Assembly: GCA_038231615.1 (NCBI GenBank)
Contig: JBBRLA010000001.1
Location: 1-39,821 of the forward strand
Length of the DNA: 39,821 bases
Source of the DNA: Polyangia bacterium
GTDB taxonomy: Bacteria; Myxococcota_A; Polyangia; Palsa-1104; JAEUJZ01
Reading direction: 5' to 3'
Shown: positions 34,779-39,821 of the stretch, piece by piece
Position numbering within the stretch: position 1 is the first letter of the stretch
How the letters are laid out: each line of letters opens with the position of its first letter
Notes under the pieces: model-generated
What the model saw: only the letters and a program-made list of their open reading frames with translations
Database searches by the model: none
What the model was told of the DNA's origin: nothing
Made by a program: the position numbers and the translations under genes

Positions 34779-36422
34779 TCAGGGGTTCCAGGCGATGGCG
34801 ATGGTGGTCACGGTGACTCCGCCAATGACGCGCTGCCCTGATAGCGCCTGCAGCACGTGCTCGTCCGTCACGGGCACGAACACCGCCACGGTGGCCGCGG
34901 CCACCCCCAGCTTCACCGCGTAGCCCGCTGCCTGCTCCTGCCCCTTGTCCAGCAGCGAGCGATTCACGAAGCTCTTGACCTCGATGACCCCGTGATGGCC
35001 TTGCCAGCGCAGCACCAGGTCCACGGTGCCGTTCCCCGTGGGGAACTCTGGGCTCACGACGCACTGGTCCCCGACCGCGGTGCAGAGCCAGCGGTACAGG
35101 TGAAAGTGCCCGACAGCTTCGGTGTGGTGCAGATCGCTCCGCCGGGGCTGATCTTTCCACGGGTCGTCGCCCTTGGCCGCGAGCCGCGCCAGGTATGCCA
35201 CATAGCGCCCGAGCAACGCCGGCACATCGAGCCCGGCCTTGGTAAACACGTCCGCCAGCGTGTCCAGCGGATCCAGCGGCAGGTCCCGCGTGGTGGCGAT
35301 GCTGTCCCCGCTGAGATCATTGAACAGGCGCTGTTGGACGAACGGCGAGGAGAAGCGGCACACGTTCAGCGGCGCCCCGTTCTTTCCCACGGTCTCGTGG
35401 TGGTCGATGATCCCATTCAGATATAGGTAGTTGCACCACGTCTGACCGAACGAGAAGGGTACGTCGGTGTTGCTGAAGATCTCCAGCACATGTGGCAAGT
35501 GGGCCCCGGTGGCCTTCTTGAGCAGGTTGAGCATGGTGTTGTTGGGCTCGACCTGGCACGCCGCGGCATAGACCCTGGCCCAGGTGTGCATGTCGATCGA
35601 GGCCGGCCGGGGATTGTACCGCTGCGTGAGCAGCTCGCCGAACCAGCCGATCAGGCCCGGCTGGCCGCGGGTCATCTCGTACAGCGTGTCCACCACCTGG
35701 GGGGCGACTTGCTGGCCGCTCTCTTCCTGGTACTCGCGAAACATCCCCACGACCTCGTCTCGCGTCAAGTTGGGCACGTGCAACGATCGCTGGACGTTGA
35801 ACGGCGACCCGCTCTGGCTGCCCACCCCCAGCACGGCGCGCACCCCGATCAGGGCCAGGCCATGCAGTTGGTACGACTCGCGGGAGAGGTAGATCTTGCG
35901 GAAGACGCTGACCACCTGATCGATGGCGGCGGCGGGGAGGCTGTCGAACTCGTCGACGAAGAGCAGCAGCGGGCGCTCGAAGATGCCCCCCTCGCGGGAG
36001 AATTGCCGGCGCAGGGCATCGAAGTCCGCCGGGACCGGGGGCTCGAAACGCAGGGCCTCGTGGACCATGCCGGGCCAGACGTGCAGGAACTTCTCTGGCG
36101 GGTCATTCTCATTCAGGAGCCCCTGGGCGCTGAGCTTGGCCACGACAAAGCGATCGCCGTACTGCGCCTGGATCTGGGCCGTGGCCCGACGCATCAGCCA
36201 GGTCTTGCCGGTCTGCCTGGGCGCCCAGATGGTAAAAAAATGACCGCTGTCCTCCGGGTCATCTGGATCGCCAACAAGCTGAGCGGCGCACTGGCTGATC
36301 AATTCCAGACGGGGGGCACCGTAGTGCTTGCGAAGATTGACGGGGCCGTAGGAGGTGAACTCGCGCATGGCAGGGATATTCATACCATAGGGGTGTTCAG
36401 GGCCAGAAGCCCCCCCTGCCAT
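34779..36422 (-). CDS. P-loop ATPase (AAA/ORC-like) with C-terminal PD-(D/E)XK nuclease-like domain
   Basis: FFTIWAPRQTGKTWLMRRA (Walker A) and LLLFVDEFDSL (Walker B-like). The C-terminal FPTGNGTVDLVLRWQGHHGVIEVKSF resembles a D...E.K nuclease core. Alternative starts are ATG 36383 and ATG 36368. Confidence 0.75.
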   Translation of the reverse strand: MAGGASGPEHPYGMNIPAMREFTSYGPVNLRKHYGAPRLELISQCAAQLVGDPDDPEDSGHFFTIWAPRQTGKTWLMRRATAQIQAQYGDRFVVAKLSAQGLLNENDPPEKFLHVWPGMVHEALRFEPPVPADFDALRRQFSREGGIFERPLLLFVDEFDSLPAAAIDQVVSVFRKIYLSRESYQLHGLALIGVRAVLGVGSQSGSPFNVQRSLHVPNLTRDEVVGMFREYQEESGQQVAPQVVDTLYEMTRGQPGLIGWFGELLTQRYNPRPASIDMHTWARVYAAACQVEPNNTMLNLLKKATGAHLPHVLEIFSNTDVPFSFGQTWCNYLYLNGIIDHHETVGKNGAPLNVCRFSSPFVQQRLFNDLSGDSIATTRDLPLDPLDTLADVFTKAGLDVPALLGRYVAYLARLAAKGDDPWKDQPRRSDLHHTEAVGHFHLYRWLCTAVGDQCVVSPEFPTGNGTVDLVLRWQGHHGVIEVKSFVNRSLLDKGQEQAAGYAVKLGVAAATVAVFVPVTDEHVLQALSGQRVIGGVTVTTIAIAWNP

Positions 36423-36531
36423 CGGGGTGCGGTCCCGAAGTTGCTCGCCGTCGCCGCCCTGCTATGCTGGGACGATGTCGATCTGTTCCAGCCTCTCTGA
36501 ACCCCTGCAACCGGTTCCCACGCCTCCCCTT

Positions 36532-36607
36532 GGTCAAAATTCTCCCCACGGCCCCCCGGTGGTCAAAATTCTCCCCACGGTCCCTCGTGGTCAAAATTCT
36601 CCCCACG
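36532..36607. repeat. Three perfect 19-bp direct repeats GGTCAAAATTCTCCCCACG spaced 28-29 bp apart
   Basis: Copies at 36532-36550, 36561-36579 and 36589-36607. They lie 110-185 bp upstream of the 34779..36422 gene start. Confidence 0.9.
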
Positions 36608-36632
36608 CTGGCCCGATCAGGGGGCCCTGCTG

Positions 36633-36806
36633 CTATGCGCCAAAGACGTGGATGCGCTCGCCGCGCGGGCCCGCCATCTCCTTGAGGTAGATCTTGTCGG
36701 CCCAGGTCACGGACGTGCGGCGGTCGAAGATCACCAGATATCCTTCGGTGGTTAGGACGCTCAAAGCGGCTTTGATGAAGGTGATCGCCCGACCTGCTTG
36801 GCTCAC
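36633..36806 (-). pseudogene. C-terminal fragment of another ATPase/PD-(D/E)XK-family gene
   Basis: My translation gives VSQAGRAITFIKAALSVLTTEGYLVIFDRRTSVTWADKIYLKEMAGPRGERIHVFGA-stop (stop at 36633-36635). AT-rich non-coding DNA lies immediately upstream. Confidence 0.45.
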
Positions 36807-37081
36807 TGGTTCAACCAGTTGACATAACTTGATATATCAGCGAATTTTTGTAATCTTTGATACGATGAAAAATTTCACTATATTCCATCGACGCACACCT
36901 CCGCCAATTCCCTTGGTTGGCAACTCCTCGACTTCCAGAGCCGGCTCATGCGGCAGCGCGCCTGGCCCAACTGAGCTTAACTACTCGCTACGGGTCTAGA
37001 GGCGACGGAGCAGGGCAGACGGAGAGACCCCCCTTGCTGTAGTCCTTCATCGCCTCTCGCCGGACCGCTCAGGAAGGAGCG

Positions 37082-37171
37082 GGCGGATCGGCGAAGTCAT
37101 CCCACAAGGGCGGAGTCGGTGAATCGGCGAATTCATCCCACGCTGGGGGAACCGGCGGATCGGCGAACTCC
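37082..37171. repeat. About 2.5 copies of a ~35-bp repeat (core ATCGGCGAAnTCATCCCAC)
   Basis: ggcggatcggcgaagtcatcccac (37082-37105), cggtgaatcggcgaattcatcccac (37117-37141), and a partial ggcggatcggcgaactcc (37154-37171). Confidence 0.75.
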
Positions 37172-37175
37172 GGGG

Positions 37176-37400
37176 CGCTATCTGATCGACCGGCTCAACA
37201 GCATAAACCCCCTGGTGATCCTCTTGGAGAGCCGGGTGCTGGGGCCCGACCGGGTGCTGTCGCTGGAGGTGGCCCTGATGGCGGCGCTCAGCGAGATCCT
37301 GCGGGACGGGTCAAACCCCCTGCGCTACTTCTTCCTGCACGAGCTGGGCAAGCATGCCTTTGGCGTCTGGCTCTTACCGCCGAGCCCGCCCAGAGCATAG
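37176..37400 (+). pseudogene. Probable coding remnant (C-terminal fragment of an unidentified gene)
   Basis: Within ORF 37119..37400, the stretch RYLIDRLNSINPLVILLESRVLGPDRVLSLEVALMAALSEILRDGSNPLRYFFLHELGKHAFGVWLL has high GC3 and protein-like composition. It lacks a credible N-terminus or RBS. Confidence 0.3.
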
Positions 37401-37703
37401 AACCGCCTTTGATCTGATCATCAGCAGTCTCTGTCGCAGTGCAAAAATTGAATAAATATCTATTTTTACTTGCGTATCCCGGCTTCGATCCCTACGTTTG
37501 GTTTCTGGGGAAAAACCGACACCGACGAACGGAAGAACATGATCATGAACAAGACCGATATTCAGGACATTGAGGAAGAGCTCCGATGGGACGCGATGGA
37601 GAGAGTTTGATTGAAAGCGACGTGGGCTCGGCCATGACGCGGTTCGCAAGTCGCTCGCGTCTCTTCCCTCCACGGCCTCTTGATCCAAAAAGTGAGGTGA
37701 CCC

Positions 37704-38528
37704 ATGCTACGAAGCCTGAAAGACATCGAGAGCTACGATGTCAGCGCCCTGGACGGTAAAGTCGGGAAGGTGACCGACTTCCTCTTTGACGACCAACAAT
37801 GGACGACCCGCTACATGGTGACCGATACGGGCGGATTCTGGGGCGGGCCGAAGCAGGTCCTCATCTCCCCCATCTCTTTCCGCCGCGTCGACTGGTCGAC
37901 GCGGATGTTCAACATCGGGCTCACCCAGGCGAAGGTGAAGAGCAGCCCGAGCGTGGACCTGGACAGGCCGGTCTCTCGACAGTACGAGCAAGAATACTCC
38001 CAGTATTATGGTTGGCCGACCTATTGGGGATCTGACTCGCGATGGGTCTGGGGCATGGGGGCCTACCCGCTCGGTCTGGCGGACGGATCGTACAACGGAG
38101 AGCAGAGGCGCACCGAGGAAGCGAACAACGACCCCAACCTGCGGAGCGCCAAGGAGGTCGCCGGGTATCGCGTCCATGGCAGCGACGGCGAGATCGGGCA
38201 TGTCGCGGACTTCGTCGTTGACGACGAGACCTGGACGATTCGCTATCTGGTCGTCGACACCAGCAACTGGTGGTTCGGCAAGAAGGTACTGGTCGCGCCT
38301 TACTGGGCGAACAAGATCAGCTGGTCCGAGAGGGCGGTCCATATGGACCTCACCTTGAGCGCGATCAAGAGCAGCCCGGAATGGAACCCGGAGGCGCTGG
38401 TCAATCGCGAGTACGAGGCGCGCCTGTACGACTATTATGGCCGGCCCGTCTACTGGAGCGCCGATGACACCGAGAAGCAAGTCAGCGTCCGGCCGGCGGA
38501 AGCGAAGCACCCCAACCCCAACCCATGA
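37704..38528 (+). CDS. Tandem PRC-barrel domain protein
   Basis: Two copies of the PRC-barrel pattern: LKDIESYDVSALDGKVGKVTDFLFDDQQWTTRYMVTDTG and AKEVAGYRVHGSDGEIGHVADFVVDDETWTIRYLVVDTS. Each is followed by a ...Y.YYG.P.YW segment. GTGAGG lies upstream of the ATG. Confidence 0.85.
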   Translation: MLRSLKDIESYDVSALDGKVGKVTDFLFDDQQWTTRYMVTDTGGFWGGPKQVLISPISFRRVDWSTRMFNIGLTQAKVKSSPSVDLDRPVSRQYEQEYSQYYGWPTYWGSDSRWVWGMGAYPLGLADGSYNGEQRRTEEANNDPNLRSAKEVAGYRVHGSDGEIGHVADFVVDDETWTIRYLVVDTSNWWFGKKVLVAPYWANKISWSERAVHMDLTLSAIKSSPEWNPEALVNREYEARLYDYYGRPVYWSADDTEKQVSVRPAEAKHPNPNP

Positions 38529-39568
38529 AAGCAGCTCAACTGGTGGCGCCTGGCCGATTCGAGGTGCTTGACGTGGCCGTGCCGGAGCCCGCGGCGGGTG
38601 AAGTGCTCCTGCGCGTGGGTGGCGCTGGAATCTGTGGATCAGATGTGCATATCGTCCTCGCCAAAGAGGCGATCTTTCCTCTGCCGATGACGCTCGGTCA
38701 CGAAACGGCAGGGTTCGTGGAGAAGCTCGGCCCGGGTGTGAAAAGGATCGAGTTGGGACAAGCGGTGCTCGTCGCAGGTATCTGGGGTTGCGGTGCATGT
38801 CGGGCCTGCGCAGATGGTCGCGAAAACGCGTGCGAGTACTGGGCGCGGCGTACGCCGATCCCTCTCGGCCCGGGGCTCGGCTTCAACGGCGGCATGGCCG
38901 AGCTGATGGTCGCGCCTGCCCGCGCTCTGTTCTCGCTCGGCGACCTGAAGCCCGCAGAGGCAGCGCCTCTCGCAGACGCTGGCGTGACGCCCTGCCACGC
39001 CGTCAATCTGGCGCGCCCCCATTTGCGCCCAGATGCCACCGCTGTGGTGATCGGTGTCGGCGGCCTTGGTCACATGGCGCTGCAAATTCTGCGCGCGACA
39101 ACCGCATGCCGCATCATCGCAGTCGACAACGATCAGCAGCGGCTGAGCGCGGCAAAGGGCCACGGCGCTGATGCCGTGGTCGTCTCTGACGCGCACGCCG
39201 CGGAGGCGATCTTGCAAATGACCGATGGGCTTGGCGCGCAAGCGGTCTTCGATTTCGTCGGGGTGAGCCCTACGCTCGCGCTGGCCAACGCCGTCGTCGC
39301 AAGCTATGGCGCCCTGATTGCCGTCGGACTCGGCATGGGGGCATTATCTCTCGTCGCCGATGCGCCGCCCGCTGGCAGACCCAAGTGGGGTGTCACGCTC
39401 ATCCGTCCCTACGGCGCCACCAACCGGGACATTTTCGAAGTGATCGGCCTCGCTCAGGCGGGCAAGCTGAAAGCCGATATCGAGATGCATCGACTCGACG
39501 AAGCCCCCGCTGTTCTGGCGGCGCTAGAATCAGGCCGCGTGCACGGTCGCGCAGTGCTCGTGCCCTGA
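38525..39568 (+). CDS. Zn-dependent alcohol dehydrogenase (medium-chain dehydrogenase/reductase family)
   Basis: GICGSDVH, TLGHETAG, the C..C..C structural-zinc region (GCGACRACADGRENAC) and the Rossmann motif VIGVGGLGHMA. The ATG overlaps the PRC-barrel stop (ATGA). Confidence 0.9.
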   Translation: MKAAQLVAPGRFEVLDVAVPEPAAGEVLLRVGGAGICGSDVHIVLAKEAIFPLPMTLGHETAGFVEKLGPGVKRIELGQAVLVAGIWGCGACRACADGRENACEYWARRTPIPLGPGLGFNGGMAELMVAPARALFSLGDLKPAEAAPLADAGVTPCHAVNLARPHLRPDATAVVIGVGGLGHMALQILRATTACRIIAVDNDQQRLSAAKGHGADAVVVSDAHAAEAILQMTDGLGAQAVFDFVGVSPTLALANAVVASYGALIAVGLGMGALSLVADAPPAGRPKWGVTLIRPYGATNRDIFEVIGLAQAGKLKADIEMHRLDEAPAVLAALESGRVHGRAVLVP

Positions 39569-39589
39569 ATCGGCTTCGCCGATGCACTT

Positions 39590-39821
39590 TCACGGCGAAG
39601 ACCCCGCCGGATCGAAGGCCTTCCTGACCTGAATCAGAACTTCCAGATGTTCCCTTCTTCGCGGCGAGCTCCGCCATGGCAACGTTACAGATCTATCTTG
39701 TCCGCGCGCTCCTGTGTCACCCATCGGCCACACCTGATCCGCGCGGGCCCTGCTGTGGCGCTGGTCCACGCCTTGCTCCACATTGTGAGCATGATAGCGA
39801 TGCTCATTGTTGAGCACGGAT
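39590..39821 (-). CDS. Partial ORF running off the window end, product unknown
   Basis: Open frame convergent on the ADH gene. Only the tail ...EHLEVLIQVRKAFDPAG faintly recalls C-termini of FAD-linked oxidases. That is not enough to call a product. Confidence 0.25.
   Translation of the reverse strand, partial: SVLNNEHRYHAHNVEQGVDQRHSRARADQVWPMGDTGARGQDRSVTLPWRSSPRRREHLEVLIQVRKAFDPAGSSP

Noticed and set aside
36532-36607. Possible mini CRISPR array
   Set aside because: The repeats are only 19 bp with 9-10 bp spacers, there are only three copies, and no cas genes are present. These dimensions are incompatible with CRISPR.
37539-37610. A 23-codon ORF (MIMNKTDIQDIEEELRWDAMERV) upstream of the PRC-barrel gene
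   Set aside because: It has a plausible GGAAG upstream, but it is too short to support without conservation or Ribo-seq data.

Overview
This is a high-GC chromosomal segment, and its gene content points to Myxococcota: mglBA, a Hanks kinase with a PEGA domain, zinc-ribbon/TPR giants and many lipoproteins. I called features by reading the supplied ORF translations and the DNA directly; no searches were run.

Layout:
(1) 1-134: a conspicuously AT-rich block of short direct and inverted repeats at the window edge.
(2) 0.4-10.7 kb: an envelope cluster. Two paralogous lipoproteins (Ig-like region, CxxCH motif, TolB-like propeller) bracket a 14-repeat beta-propeller lipoprotein, a TPR membrane protein, a Ser/Thr kinase, an HExxH protein and an OMP-like protein.
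(3) 10.9-18.6 kb, all on the minus strand: four tRNA-Ser plus tRNA-Arg(ACG) with tadA embedded, then SRP RNA, dnaX, ybaB, recR, mglB, mglA, and a translationally coupled PqqD-like/HlyD-like membrane protein.
(4) 18.7-27.5 kb: a 1341-aa zinc-ribbon/Pro-rich/TPR protein, an acyl-CoA ligase and selB, linked by 4-nt start/stop overlaps, followed by a convergent CDF metal exporter.
(5) 27.6-37.7 kb: a decayed accessory island. It holds a frameshifted ISKra4-like transposase, several gene stubs, an intact ATPase + PD-(D/E)XK gene with two extra C-terminal fragments of related genes, and an FGE-like lipoprotein.
(6) 37.7-39.6 kb: a double PRC-barrel protein coupled to a Zn alcohol dehydrogenase.

The best candidate for something undescribed is in the island. 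Two genes I cannot assign to any family (one carries a ~60-residue Asp/Gly tract) are coupled to a degraded STAND P-loop/WD40/TIR gene. The copy here looks non-functional, so any system would have to be defined from intact relatives elsewhere. Many long overlapping ORFs in the track are GC-driven artefacts and were not called.
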